This document shows, piece by piece, positions 38,282-47,628 of a DNA stretch of 64,000 nt (positions within the stretch are counted from its first letter, which is position 1; every line of letters starts with the position of its first letter). The translations under genes were made by a program, and so were the position numbers. Source of the stretch: an uncultured Acidimicrobiaceae bacterium (lineage in GTDB: Bacteria > Actinomycetota > Acidimicrobiia > Acidimicrobiales > RAAP-2). The stretch covers positions 5,911-69,910 of the forward strand of contig CAIQOJ010000139.1 of NCBI GenBank assembly GCA_903873395.1. The letters are read 5' to 3'. The notes beneath the pieces are model-generated. The model saw only the letters and a list, made by a program, of their open reading frames with translations. It searched no databases and was not told the DNA's origin.

Positions 38282-38324
38282 GCCCTCAGTGTATCGGGGA
38301 CGACCAAGGTCCCTTCGCTCGAGT

Positions 38325-39587
38325 TCAGCCGAGGGTTAGTGCGGCGGCCCGTACGCGCGTGTCGTCGAGCTCGCCCGTACCATCAGTTCCAGGAGTCGAC
38401 CCGGCAATCGGGTCAATCCACAACCATCGAGTCAGTCTTGCCATCCTTGTCGTACCCGGCGGCCACGACCCCGCGTCACCTTCCGCCATCACGGCGAGCG
38501 CACCGCCAATGCCCTCCGGATAGCGCACGACCTGGGCGGCACGCTGGTCCGCGGAGTACTCACGGCCTGGACCCACCATCCGATGGACAGCATCGATGCC
38601 GGACGTCTCGCCAGCCACTAACGACACGAGTGCGCCGACGGCCACAGCGACACCAGCAAGGACGGTGTCCTCCCTCTTGACGTGGATGAGTTCGTGAGCC
38701 AACACACCTTCGAGTTCGACCAGACTGAGGCTCGGCTCGAGGCCAGTGGTGACCACCAACGTGGTGTGATGCGCATCTCGACCTACGCAGAGAGCGTTGG
38801 GCAATGGGCTGTCGACCACCAAGATGTCTGGCCGATCAAGGCCCATAGTGGCGCAAAGGCCCTCCACGAGGTTGTGCAACCGGGGTCGATCCTCCTCGTT
38901 GCTCCGCTGTGCACCTAGTGACGCAACTACCCGCTGGGCCGATGACCGACGCAGCCATGCCGCCGCGGCAATCGTCACGCCGATCAGGGCAATCAGCCCG
39001 ATGATGACAAGTCCCAGCACGGCGAGCACCACCGCAGCAACCACTCCAAGAATGCCAGCCGGGACGATGCAGAGCAGCATGGCCCGACGCCGATTAGCCG
39101 TGGCTGCTGACTCGTCCGCCACGTCAGCGGAGCGGTCGATGCGCAGCGGCGCTGCGGCCGCCGGTTCACGGCTACCAGATCCCGCCCCTCCCCGAGACGG
39201 CCCTTGACTCCCACGACCGCCGCCTCCGTTGCGGTTGCCGCCGCTTCCTTTGGCACCGCTTCCTTTGCCACCGCTTCCTTTGCCGCCATTGCGGTTGCCG
39301 CCGCTACCGCCGCTGCGATTGCCCCCGCTACCGCCGCTGCCGCTGGTAGTGCGGTTGCCCGCGTTGGCGTCTGCGCGCTGACCACCGGAGTTCTTGCCCC
39401 CTTGGCGCTGCCCGACATCATCCGCCTGACCCTTGGCGCTGGTGCCGCTGCTCGATCCCCCGCCCCTCCGTCGTCGCTGTCCCGATGCCTTCGGAGCCTG
39501 CGCACCCGATGCGTTACCGGTCTTCGGCGCAGACCCGCCTCCCGGGGTTGCCGGACGGTCGGACGTTGGCTTGTCAGGACTCGTCAT
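38325..39587 (-). CDS. M48 family (HtpX-like) membrane zinc metalloprotease with a long Gly/Ser/Asn/Arg/Lys-rich N-terminal region
   Basis: HExxH in [13 protein letters not shown]. Two hydrophobic helices ([42 protein letters not shown]). About 170 aa of low-complexity N-terminus ([42 protein letters not shown]). I chose ATG 39587; the ORF opens at 39653 inside pimA. Confidence 0.75.
   Translation of the reverse strand: MTSPDKPTSDRPATPGGGSAPKTGNASGAQAPKASGQRRRRGGGSSSGTSAKGQADDVGQRQGGKNSGGQRADANAGNRTTSGSGGSGGNRSGGSGGNRNGGKGSGGKGSGAKGSGGNRNGGGGRGSQGPSRGGAGSGSREPAAAAPLRIDRSADVADESAATANRRRAMLLCIVPAGILGVVAAVVLAVLGLVIIGLIALIGVTIAAAAWLRRSSAQRVVASLGAQRSNEEDRPRLHNLVEGLCATMGLDRPDILVVDSPLPNALCVGRDAHHTTLVVTTGLEPSLSLVELEGVLAHELIHVKREDTVLAGVAVAVGALVSLVAGETSGIDAVHRMVGPGREYSADQRAAQVVRYPEGIGGALAVMAEGDAGSWPPGTTRMARLTRWLWIDPIAGSTPGTDGTGELDDTRVRAAALTLG
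39241..39285. repeat. 15-bp tandem repeat x3 within the M48 low-complexity region
   Basis: Three tandem units: ccgcttcctttggca, ccgcttcctttgcca, ccgcttcctttgccg. The flanking cgttgcggttgccgccgct motif recurs at about 39227 and 39287. Confidence 0.9.
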
Positions 39588-39609
39588 GATGGCTGCAGTG
39601 TACGGCCGC

Positions 39610-40749
39610 TCAACGTCGTTCGGCGCCAATGGCCGAGGTGTAGATCCCCTCATAGTGCTCAGCCAGGGATGCCATAGACCACGCGTTGGCCCGCTCGACG
39701 CCTCGGAGAAGCCACCGTTGGCGATCGGCAGCTACCGCACCAGTGAGGACGGCCGCCAAGGCGTCAGCCAAGGCAACCGGGTCCGCCGGTGGCACCAGCA
39801 CTGCACATCCTCCTGCCGCGTCTCGATAGCCATCGATGTCCGATGCCACCACGACAGCCCCAGCAGCCATGCCCTCGAGAAGCACCATGCCAAAGGATTC
39901 GCCCCCGAGCGAGGGTGCCGCCAAGACATCGGCAGCCACCAGCCGACGGTCCTTCTCGGCTTCGTCGAGCACGCCGAGCCACTGCAGGGATCGAGACGCA
40001 GGAAAGCGCGCCCGAAGGGCGCCGGTCTCAGGTCCGTCGCCCGCCACCCACAACACCGGTGATCCCGCGGAATCGGGCAGTGCAGAGAGCAGTCGGGTCC
40101 AGGCTTCGAGCAACACAGCAAGGCCTTTGCGATCCTCGTGGCGCCCGAGGAAGAGCACGGTCGGACCAGACGTTGGCCAAGGTTCAACGTCGTAGCGACC
40201 TACATCGACCCCGTTGAAGAGCACGTCGTAATTTCCGCCTAACGCCTCACGGGCGGTAGTTGCCGCAGCCTCGGATACTGCACATCGCGTGGCCAACCGG
40301 CGTGCCACGCGTCGTGTGAGGGGACCGAGTGCCGCATAGAGGGGGCTGGATCCGCTGCGGTGGAACGTGGCGATCATCGGAGGTGGTGCAGCTGTCACGA
40401 ACAACCCGTAGGTAAGACCTGGGGCGAACGGCTCATGGATGTGGACGACATCGGGCCCCAGGCGCCGCAGGGAGAGCAATCCCCTGCGGACGGCCAGCGG
40501 CGAGACGGTGACGGGAGCGAGCGATCCGTTCGCGGGCAGAGCCACCGAGTGACCGGTGACCACCAACTCGCACTCCGAAGGGGCATCACTCAGGTCGTCG
40601 ATCGGAGCGAAGACGACGGCTCGATGTCCCCGACTCGTGAGGCTCCGAGCCAGACCGATGACTTGGCCTTGCACGCCGCCAGGTCTCGACAGGCTGTACG
40701 GGCAGACCAGAGCGACAGTCAGGGGCCCGGCCTCGCCGGACCCACTCAC
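39610..40749 (-). CDS. pimA: GT4 glycosyltransferase, phosphatidyl-myo-inositol mannosyltransferase (PimA)-like
   Basis: N-terminus VALVCPYSLSRPGGVQGQV and C-terminal E(x7)E-type region SLGGESFGMVLLEGMAAG. Position relative to pgsA, the acyltransferase and thrS matches the mycobacterial pimA locus. GTG start overlaps the upstream stop (GTGA). Confidence 0.75.
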   Translation of the reverse strand: MSGSGEAGPLTVALVCPYSLSRPGGVQGQVIGLARSLTSRGHRAVVFAPIDDLSDAPSECELVVTGHSVALPANGSLAPVTVSPLAVRRGLLSLRRLGPDVVHIHEPFAPGLTYGLFVTAAPPPMIATFHRSGSSPLYAALGPLTRRVARRLATRCAVSEAAATTAREALGGNYDVLFNGVDVGRYDVEPWPTSGPTVLFLGRHEDRKGLAVLLEAWTRLLSALPDSAGSPVLWVAGDGPETGALRARFPASRSLQWLGVLDEAEKDRRLVAADVLAAPSLGGESFGMVLLEGMAAGAVVVASDIDGYRDAAGGCAVLVPPADPVALADALAAVLTGAVAADRQRWLLRGVERANAWSMASLAEHYEGIYTSAIGAERR

Positions 40750-43175
40750 CAGTCAGAGCTTCCAGGAGGAATGGGGCTCCGTCCAGCCCTCGAGCCTCCT
40801 GCGGGGGGTTCGGGCCTGGCGGGAGTGTGACCTCTCAACTCCTGGCGCAGGACTTCGTGGCGGGCGCCGAGGCGCCGACTGGTCCCACGACGCTCCTTGA
40901 TCTCGAACATGTCGTCGTCGGCAAATCCCAACAGGTGGGAGTAATCAGCTTCGGAGTCCTCGGTCATCGTGGCACCCACCGAGACCCCGACCCGCACGGT
41001 TGCCCCCAAGATGCGATACGGCTGCTCCACCGCATCTTCGATCTTGGTTCGAAGGTCTTCCATCTCGGCTTCCCCACCGTCGATCCGGCACATGACGACG
41101 AACTCATCGCCTGACAGCCGGGCAACGGTGTCTTCGGGCCGGACGGCGGCCACCAGGCGATCAGCCACTCCCTTGAGGAGTTCGTCGCCCATGCGGTGAC
41201 CATGGTTGTCGTTGACCGCTTTGAACCCATCGAGATCGAGGAGGAAAACAGCGAGCGCAGCCTTGTGGCTACTGGATGCAACTCGTGCGGCGTCAGCCCG
41301 CCGAGCGGGCAATCTGCGATCCGGCCTCGATCCAAGCTCGGCAATCGCTTCCCGCATGGACTCATAAAGCTTCAGCCTGTTGGCCAATCCGGTCAGCTGA
41401 TCATGGAATGCGAGATGGCGTAGTTCGTCACGGGACCGACGCTCTTCGGTGACGTCGTGCATGGCGATCACCGCACCCAGCTTCCACCCGAACTCATCCT
41501 CGAGCACTTGGCCGTTGACCCGGACGAAGCGATCACTTCCGTCAGGTGCCGCCAGGACAAACTCATGATTGCGCAGCCTCTCACCCGACAGCGAGAGCAT
41601 GAGCGGATCCTCCCCCGAGGAAATGGGCATGCCCTGAGGGCTGCGCCACAAAGGGTCCGCTGAAGCACGGCCGATTGGCTCGACATCGTCGGGCACATTG
41701 AGAAGATCACGGGCCGACGGGTTGAAGACGGTCTTCCTGCCTTGCGCATCGCAGGCAATGATTCCCTCGTCGAGGGTTTCGAGAAGCACGCGAAGAAACT
41801 CACGCTCTTGGCGCAGTGCGTACTCTGCGCTGCGTTTTGCCGTCACGTCTGCGAAGGTGGCCACGGCGCCAGCCTGACGGCCGGCGGGATTCAACACGGG
41901 CTGAACGTTGATCCGAACCCATTTGATGTGGGTGTCTGGTTGCCGGTAGCCGACTTCCGCGGCGATCACCCGCTGGCCGGCGTAGAGGCCAGTCAAGACC
42001 GGGTGCATCTCCACTTCGAGTGCGTCGCCCTGTTCATCCAGGAGTTCCGCACCTCCTGCTACGGATGCTCGGAGGACATGTTCGACGGCCCGAGAGACAA
42101 GGTCAGCTCGATCGACGCCAAAGAGATCTTCGAAGGCCCTATTGACCCGGACGATACGGCCCGTGCCATCAAGCACCAGAAGGCCGTCGGCTAAGGCCTC
42201 GATGAGGGCGGAGTTCCGCCTGTCCATCTCCCGGACACGGGCTTCCAGCCCCACGTCGGCGGACACACGGTTCGCTGAGACGATGATGTCACCGGCGAAG
42301 TGATCGGGTTGGTGCTCCGCAACCAACTCCATCTCGAGTGATTCGCCATTTCGGTGAGTGACGCCGCAACGCATCGATATTGCCGTCCGTCGCCCCTGGC
42401 GCAGGTCTCGCAAGGCGGCGGCGACCAAGGGGCCGTCTTCGGGAGAAACCAACGTGGACACGTCACGCCCGATGACCTGTGCCCCGTCCAAACCCAGAAT
42501 CGGCTCCACTCCGTCGCTGACAAATCGCACGATGCCCGATGCCGACAGCATGACAACGAGCTCTGAGCGAGGATGCTGACCACTACCGGGCGCTACTGGG
42601 GCTGGTGAGGCCGACCCTGTGACCCGCATACTTGTGAGATCGATCGGCCCGCCCTCCACACCGTCGTGGGGACCAGCAAGCAAGGTGCCAGTTCCATTGC
42701 CATTGCCATTGCCATTGCTGTTGCCGTTTGTGTGCACCGGATGCGGGTCATCAACGGTCGGAGCGTTCGGTGCGCCATAGCGTCCATTGCGGACTGAACC
42801 GTTACTCCCGTTGGCCGTCGGGAAGCCCCCGTTGCTGGCAGAACCATTGGATCCCGCACTCACGGATCCCGCACTGCCGGATCCCGCACTCACGGTTCTC
42901 GTGCTGGTCGTTCCCGTGCTGGTCGTTCCCGCGCCTAGAGCACCCTTGCGCCGCTGCCACGCCGCCTCTGCCTCGGGAGAACCAGGTGCTATCGGTCCGC
43001 TCCTCATTTCCGTTCCACCCGCATGTGCCAGCTCGGGCACGGGAATCGACGGGGTCGCTGACTCACGCGGGGTCGCAGAGTCATCCGCGTTTCCATTCGC
43101 CGATGTGACTTGGGAGTCGGAGCCAGCATCGGTGGTTCTGTTTCTCACTCTGCGCCGGCGTTCCTCAGCGCTCAT
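40746..43175 (-). CDS. PAS-domain diguanylate cyclase (GGDEF family, SGDEF variant) with a ~215-aa low-complexity N-terminus
   Basis: C-terminal HDQLTGLANR..FLLDLDGFKAVNDNHGHRMGDELL..RPEDTVARLSGDEFVVM (RxxD I-site 5 residues before SGDEF). Several PAS-like modules lie upstream. ATG 43175 overlaps the acyltransferase stop (ATGA). Confidence 0.85.
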   Translation of the reverse strand: MSAEERRRRVRNRTTDAGSDSQVTSANGNADDSATPRESATPSIPVPELAHAGGTEMRSGPIAPGSPEAEAAWQRRKGALGAGTTSTGTTSTRTVSAGSGSAGSVSAGSNGSASNGGFPTANGSNGSVRNGRYGAPNAPTVDDPHPVHTNGNSNGNGNGNGTGTLLAGPHDGVEGGPIDLTSMRVTGSASPAPVAPGSGQHPRSELVVMLSASGIVRFVSDGVEPILGLDGAQVIGRDVSTLVSPEDGPLVAAALRDLRQGRRTAISMRCGVTHRNGESLEMELVAEHQPDHFAGDIIVSANRVSADVGLEARVREMDRRNSALIEALADGLLVLDGTGRIVRVNRAFEDLFGVDRADLVSRAVEHVLRASVAGGAELLDEQGDALEVEMHPVLTGLYAGQRVIAAEVGYRQPDTHIKWVRINVQPVLNPAGRQAGAVATFADVTAKRSAEYALRQEREFLRVLLETLDEGIIACDAQGRKTVFNPSARDLLNVPDDVEPIGRASADPLWRSPQGMPISSGEDPLMLSLSGERLRNHEFVLAAPDGSDRFVRVNGQVLEDEFGWKLGAVIAMHDVTEERRSRDELRHLAFHDQLTGLANRLKLYESMREAIAELGSRPDRRLPARRADAARVASSSHKAALAVFLLDLDGFKAVNDNHGHRMGDELLKGVADRLVAAVRPEDTVARLSGDEFVVMCRIDGGEAEMEDLRTKIEDAVEQPYRILGATVRVGVSVGATMTEDSEADYSHLLGFADDDMFEIKERRGTSRRLGARHEVLRQELRGHTPARPEPPAGGSRAGRSPIPPGSSDW
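42694..42728. repeat. Hexanucleotide repeat (ccattg x4, then degenerate) encoding NGNSNGNGNGNG
   Basis: ccattgccattgccattgccattgctgttgccgtt, read directly from the sequence. Confidence 0.9.
42849..42930. repeat. Two adjacent 15-bp tandem repeats in the DGC N-terminal region
   Basis: ggatcccgcact(cac/gcc) x3 (42849-42893) and gtgctggtcgttccc x2 (42901-42930). They encode SAGSGSAGSVSAGS and GTTSTGTTST. Confidence 0.9.
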
Positions 43176-44068
43176 GGTGTTGCCTCTTCGCGGTCTGCGA
43201 GCCACAGGGGCTGAAAGACATGCCACTGGTCCGGTGCCCGTGCGATCAAGCGCTCGAGGCGCGCAGCGACCTCTTGAGTGAGTCGAGCCACATCTTGGCG
43301 GACGCTTCCGGTCCGAGTCGTATCGATGGGCGGTTCGATGACGCCGTGGTGAAAGCGCCCGGGCCCGCTGTAGACCGCGCCTGTCAACAACGTGGCCCCC
43401 GTCCTCAGAGCCAATGTTGCCGGTCCGGCGGGCATGGTCGTGGCCTCGCCGAAGAACTCCACTTCGATGCCGTTGCCCTCGATGTCGCGGTCACAGAGGA
43501 GTCCGACCAGTTCGCCTGCGCGCAATGTGGCCAGCAGCGTTGAGCCCGCCGACGGATCGAGGGGGACGATGGTGAGCCCCATGGCCGCTCGCTGCTCGAC
43601 GAAGTAGTCGAACAGAGCAACGGGCTCCACCCGTTCGGCTACCGCAGTCATTCGCACGTCCCGTGTCGCCATGAATGCGCCCCCATACTCCCAACTCCCT
43701 ACATGCGGCAGTGCCAAGATGACCCCGCGTCCGGCGGCCAGCCCCTCGTCAAGGTGGGCGAGACCATCGATGTGCACACGCTTGGCAACCTTGTCCGTCG
43801 CCAAGCCCGGCAATCTGGCCCCGTCTACCCAGTACCGAGCGTAGGCCTTAAATGCGCGTTTAGCCCAGCGGTCGACGTCTGCAGGGTCGGCATCTGGCCC
43901 AAGGACCCGTTGCAGGTTGGCGGCCACCGTGGCACGAGAGGCAGGCCGAAGGTGAAAAAGGGCCTCGCCAACCGCATTGCCCACTCCCTGGGCCACAGGC
44001 TCAGGGAGTGCAGATAGACCGCGCGCCAAGGTGGTGTACGTGCGGAACACCGCCCTGCCCTTGTCCAT
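43172..44068 (-). CDS. Lysophospholipid (HtrB/LpxL-like) acyltransferase, PIM acyltransferase PatA-like
   Basis: 298 aa with a PHVGSWE (HX4-type) motif and the general LpxL/HtrB layout. It lies between pgsA and pimA, as Rv2611c does in M. tuberculosis. Confidence 0.7.
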   Translation of the reverse strand: MDKGRAVFRTYTTLARGLSALPEPVAQGVGNAVGEALFHLRPASRATVAANLQRVLGPDADPADVDRWAKRAFKAYARYWVDGARLPGLATDKVAKRVHIDGLAHLDEGLAAGRGVILALPHVGSWEYGGAFMATRDVRMTAVAERVEPVALFDYFVEQRAAMGLTIVPLDPSAGSTLLATLRAGELVGLLCDRDIEGNGIEVEFFGEATTMPAGPATLALRTGATLLTGAVYSGPGRFHHGVIEPPIDTTRTGSVRQDVARLTQEVAARLERLIARAPDQWHVFQPLWLADREEATP

Positions 44069-44105
44069 GGGTTGTCCCTACCCGGTCGTCTCGAAGCCTG
44101 CAGGA

Positions 44106-44885
44106 TCAGGCGCTGCGCCGGACCGTGCGCTGACGTGCACTCCGAGGTTGACGGTCATGGCGTGCTCGCCAGGCACGCCCGGATCGACTGGACAACTCGC
44201 CTTGGCGACGTGCTCGCCACCGAGCCGCGCTCGACGGTCGGCCCGACCCCGCTCGGGTTGAAGCTCGTTGACGACGATGACGCCGGGTGGCGACGGTGAC
44301 GGGAGGGGCCTCAGCCATGCCCCACACCTTTACGAAGCGTCCGATGGCGGTAGCCGTCGAGAGGATCAGCAGCAGCCACAGCACGGGAACCAGCAACGGA
44401 GTGACTAACAGGCCGATAGCCAAGAGGATGATGCGCTCCGCTCGCTCCATCAGGCCACCCTTGGCCCGGATGCCCAGTGACTCCGCCTTGGCGCGTTGAT
44501 ACGAGATCAATGTCGTCACGCCAAGAATGGCGAACGGCAAGAGAACCAGGTGCCCGGGGTGCGTCGATGCCAGATACCAGGCGATGCCGCCCAGGATCAG
44601 TGCGTCGGCGACCCTGTCGCTGACCGAATCGAAGAACGCCCCTCGAACCGATGCAGTTCCTGAGGCTTTGGCCACCGGACCATCGAGAAGGTCGTGCAGT
44701 CCGGTCACGACCAAGAGCACCAGGGCGAGGTGCAAGTGACCAGTTGCCGCAGCGACGGCGGTAGCTCCGGCAAACGCGAGCCCAGATGCCGTCAGGAGAT
44801 CCGCACTGATACCAAGTCGCTGCAACCGGATGCCGACAGGACCGGTTCCCCGATCCACCGTCTCCCGCCAACGCCCGTCAAACAT
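44106..44885 (-). CDS. pgsA: CDP-alcohol phosphatidyltransferase, phosphatidylinositol-phosphate synthase (PgsA1)-like, with an Arg-rich C-terminal tail
   Basis: CDP-alcohol motif region HDLLDGPVAKASGTASVRGAFFDSVSDRVAD. Multi-TM. Synteny with HIT-thrS. ATG 44885 (MFDGRW) preferred over the ORF opening at 44954. Confidence 0.8.
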   Translation of the reverse strand: MFDGRWRETVDRGTGPVGIRLQRLGISADLLTASGLAFAGATAVAAATGHLHLALVLLVVTGLHDLLDGPVAKASGTASVRGAFFDSVSDRVADALILGGIAWYLASTHPGHLVLLPFAILGVTTLISYQRAKAESLGIRAKGGLMERAERIILLAIGLLVTPLLVPVLWLLLILSTATAIGRFVKVWGMAEAPPVTVATRRHRRQRASTRAGSGRPSSAARWRARRQGELSSRSGRAWRARHDRQPRSARQRTVRRSA

Positions 44886-44966
44886 GCATGCTCCTAAGAA
44901 AGGTTGCTCCAGGGTACCACTGCTAACTCTTGCGAGCACGCACGGTCGCCACAACGAACTCCCTGG

Positions 44967-45527
44967 TCAGACGGATCTTCTACTCTCATTGTCTGGCCAG
45001 ACCGCCACTAGTCGCTCCCAACTCGAAGCCAGAGTTTCAGGAAGCACCCTCGTGTCAGCCACTGCCGTCATGAAGTTGGTGTCTCCCATCCAGCGCGGAA
45101 CGGCATGGAGATGCAGGTGTCGAGGGATGCCCGCACCTGCGGCTTGGCCAAGATTGGCACCGAGGTTGATGCCCTCAGGGTGGTAGGCCGCTTCCAACGC
45201 CGCCACACCGAGGCGCAGTCCGTGCCACACCTCGAGGGCTTCGTCTTCGGCGAGGTCGGCCAAAGATCCAACGTGTCGGCGGGGCAAGGCCATCAGGTGA
45301 CCGCTCGCGTAGGGGTAGGCGTTCAAGACCACGATCGAGGTCTCCCCCACCCACAACACACCGGTATCGATCGAGGGACCTCCTGCCGCCACGATCCGGC
45401 AGAACACGCAAGGTGCTCCATCGTCGGCTTCATCGGTCGGTGGCGCCGTGGCGCCATCAGCGGCTGGTGCACTCGCCCCGGACACATAGGCGCTCCGCCA
45501 ACCCGCCCACAGATGCTCGAGGCTCAC
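44967..45527 (-). CDS. HIT family protein (Ap4A phosphorylase / GalT-like branch)
   Basis: Histidine triad HLHLHAVPRW. CVFC and NAYPYASGHLM motifs as in Rv2613c-type proteins. GTGA overlap with the thrS stop. Confidence 0.85.
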   Translation of the reverse strand: MSLEHLWAGWRSAYVSGASAPAADGATAPPTDEADDGAPCVFCRIVAAGGPSIDTGVLWVGETSIVVLNAYPYASGHLMALPRRHVGSLADLAEDEALEVWHGLRLGVAALEAAYHPEGINLGANLGQAAGAGIPRHLHLHAVPRWMGDTNFMTAVADTRVLPETLASSWERLVAVWPDNESRRSV

Positions 45528-47533
45528 GCTGGCGCTGCCTCCACAGTGTCCTGGGATTCGGGCAGCGCACGAGCGTCGACCTCGGCGTGCAGAGCCTCGA
45601 CGAACGAGTCGACCGAAACGCCCCGCACCGGCCGTTCGCTCCCTCGGCGATTGACCCCAACCGTCCCAGCGGCGACGTCGTCGTCACCCACCACCAAGAT
45701 GTAGGGGATCTTCAGAAGTTTTGCGCGTCGGATTCGCGCCCCGAGTGGCTCATCGGCTGGTTCCATCGAGACCCGGAACCCTGCGCCACCAAGGCGTTCG
45801 GCCACCTGGTCCACATAGACCTGATGGTCGTCCCTCACGCCCAGGACACGGACCTGTTCCGGGGCGAGCCAGGTGGGAAGTGCCCCGGCGTAGTGCTCGA
45901 GCAGGATGGCGAAGAACCTCTCCACGGTGCCGAACAGTGCGCGATGGATCATGATCGGGCGGTGGCGAGAGTTGTCGGCACCGATGTATTCCATGTCGAA
46001 GCGCTGCGGCAGTTGGAAGTCCAACTGGATGGTCGACATCTGATGGGTCCGACCGATGGCATCTTTGGCCTGGACCGAGATCTTCGGTCCGTAGAAGGCG
46101 CCGCCTCCCTCATCCATGACCAGGTCGAGATCCATGGCCAGAGCGGTGGACCGCAAGGTCTCGGTGGCCTCGGCCCACTCTTCGTCGCTTCCCACAGCTT
46201 TGCCATCAGGCCGGGTGGAGAGCTCGAGGTAGAAGTCCTCGAGGCCGTAGTCACGAAGCACCGACAGCACAAAGGTCAACGTGCTGTGCAACTCGTCAGC
46301 CATCTGCTCACGGGTGCAGAAGATGTGGGCGTCATCTTGAGTCATGCCCCGAACTCGAGTCAGACCGTGGACCACACCCGACTTCTCGTAGCGGTAGACC
46401 GTCCCGAACTCGAAGAGCCGGATCGGGAACTCCCGATAGGAGCGCTGCCTGCTCTTGATGATCAAGATGTGGAACGGACAGTTCATCGGCTTGAGGTAGT
46501 ACTCCTGACCGCCGTCGAGTTCCATCGGCGGATACATCCCGTCGGCGAACCAATCGAGATGTCCAGAGGTCTCAAAGAGGTTGGACTTCGTGATGTGAGG
46601 GGTATTCACGAACTCATACCCCGCCTCGGCGTGCCGCTGGCGCGAGTAGTCCTCCATCAGGCGGCGGATGGTGCCTCCGCGCGGGTGGAACACGGCCAAT
46701 CCCGAACCGAGCTCCTCGGGAAACGAGAAAAGATCGAGCTCAGCGCCGAGTTTGCGGTGATCTCGCTTCTCCGCCTCTTCCAGGCGGGTGAGGTGTTCCG
46801 CCAACGCTTGGTCGGACTCCCAAGCCGTCCCGTAGATCCGCTGGAGCTGCTGGCGCTTCTCGTCACCCCGCCAGTACGCACCGGCCACCCGCATCAGGGC
46901 GAAATGGCCGAGACGACCGGTCGACGGCACGTGAGGCCCACGACACAGGTCCGTGAAGCCGGGAGCATTCCAGTAGGTCGATACCGACGTTGGTGACGCG
47001 CCTTCGGACAGAGCATCGACTCCTTCACCGCCAGCCCCGACGGCCTCGATGATCTCGCGCTTGAACGGCTGATCGGCGAACAGTTCCAAACCCTCGGCAA
47101 ACGTGTGCTCACTGCGGACGAAAGGCTGATCCTCGCCCATAATGGTGCGCATCTCGGCGGTGATGCGCTCGAGGTCATCGTCGCTGAACCGTTCCCCATT
47201 GGGGAGTTCGAAGTCGTAGTAGAACCCGTCTTCGATCACTGGGCCGATGGCAAAGTGCGCGCCTGGCCACAGCCGCAGGACAGCCTGAGCGAGCACGTGG
47301 GCGGTGGAGTGGCGCAAGACCTCCCGGCCCTCGGGCGTGGCTGCTGTGACCACGGACACCTCGTTCCCCTCAGCCAATTCGGTGGCCAGATCGACGGGAT
47401 GTCCATCCACCGTCGCAGCCACTGCAGCCTTGGCAAGGCGAGGCCCGATTGCCTGAGCGAGGCCGAGGGCCGTCGTTCCGGGCTCAAGTTCTTTGGTCGT
47501 GCCATCGGGAAGCCGGACGGAGACCGCTGCCAT
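45524..47533 (-). CDS. thrS: Threonine--tRNA ligase
   Basis: 669 aa. TGS N-terminus, editing-domain HSTAHVLAQA, class II core (FRDEQLHGLTRVR-like VVHGLTRVRGMTQDDAHIF) and anticodon-binding C-terminus. Confidence 0.96.
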   Translation of the reverse strand: MAAVSVRLPDGTTKELEPGTTALGLAQAIGPRLAKAAVAATVDGHPVDLATELAEGNEVSVVTAATPEGREVLRHSTAHVLAQAVLRLWPGAHFAIGPVIEDGFYYDFELPNGERFSDDDLERITAEMRTIMGEDQPFVRSEHTFAEGLELFADQPFKREIIEAVGAGGEGVDALSEGASPTSVSTYWNAPGFTDLCRGPHVPSTGRLGHFALMRVAGAYWRGDEKRQQLQRIYGTAWESDQALAEHLTRLEEAEKRDHRKLGAELDLFSFPEELGSGLAVFHPRGGTIRRLMEDYSRQRHAEAGYEFVNTPHITKSNLFETSGHLDWFADGMYPPMELDGGQEYYLKPMNCPFHILIIKSRQRSYREFPIRLFEFGTVYRYEKSGVVHGLTRVRGMTQDDAHIFCTREQMADELHSTLTFVLSVLRDYGLEDFYLELSTRPDGKAVGSDEEWAEATETLRSTALAMDLDLVMDEGGGAFYGPKISVQAKDAIGRTHQMSTIQLDFQLPQRFDMEYIGADNSRHRPIMIHRALFGTVERFFAILLEHYAGALPTWLAPEQVRVLGVRDDHQVYVDQVAERLGGAGFRVSMEPADEPLGARIRRAKLLKIPYILVVGDDDVAAGTVGVNRRGSERPVRGVSVDSFVEALHAEVDARALPESQDTVEAAPA

Positions 47534-47628
47534 GAGAGGTGCCTTTCTGGAGGCGTAGTAGCACCATGTGCCAGCACGCTGAGGTCGTGTTTGGACTGAC
47601 CGGAGGACCGGCCGGACTGCTGCAGTGC

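Noticed and set aside
37481-38680. 399-aa plus-strand ORF
   Set aside because: Antisense to pdxS and to the 3' part of the M48 gene. The composition is biased (R, G, H, D) and there is no motif. Shadow ORF.
45413-46996. 527-aa plus-strand ORF, one of the longest in the track
   Set aside because: It lies entirely antisense to thrS, whose product is recognisable along its full length. The translation is Arg/Gly/His/Pro-rich with no recognisable motif. This is the usual shadow ORF of stop-poor high-GC DNA.
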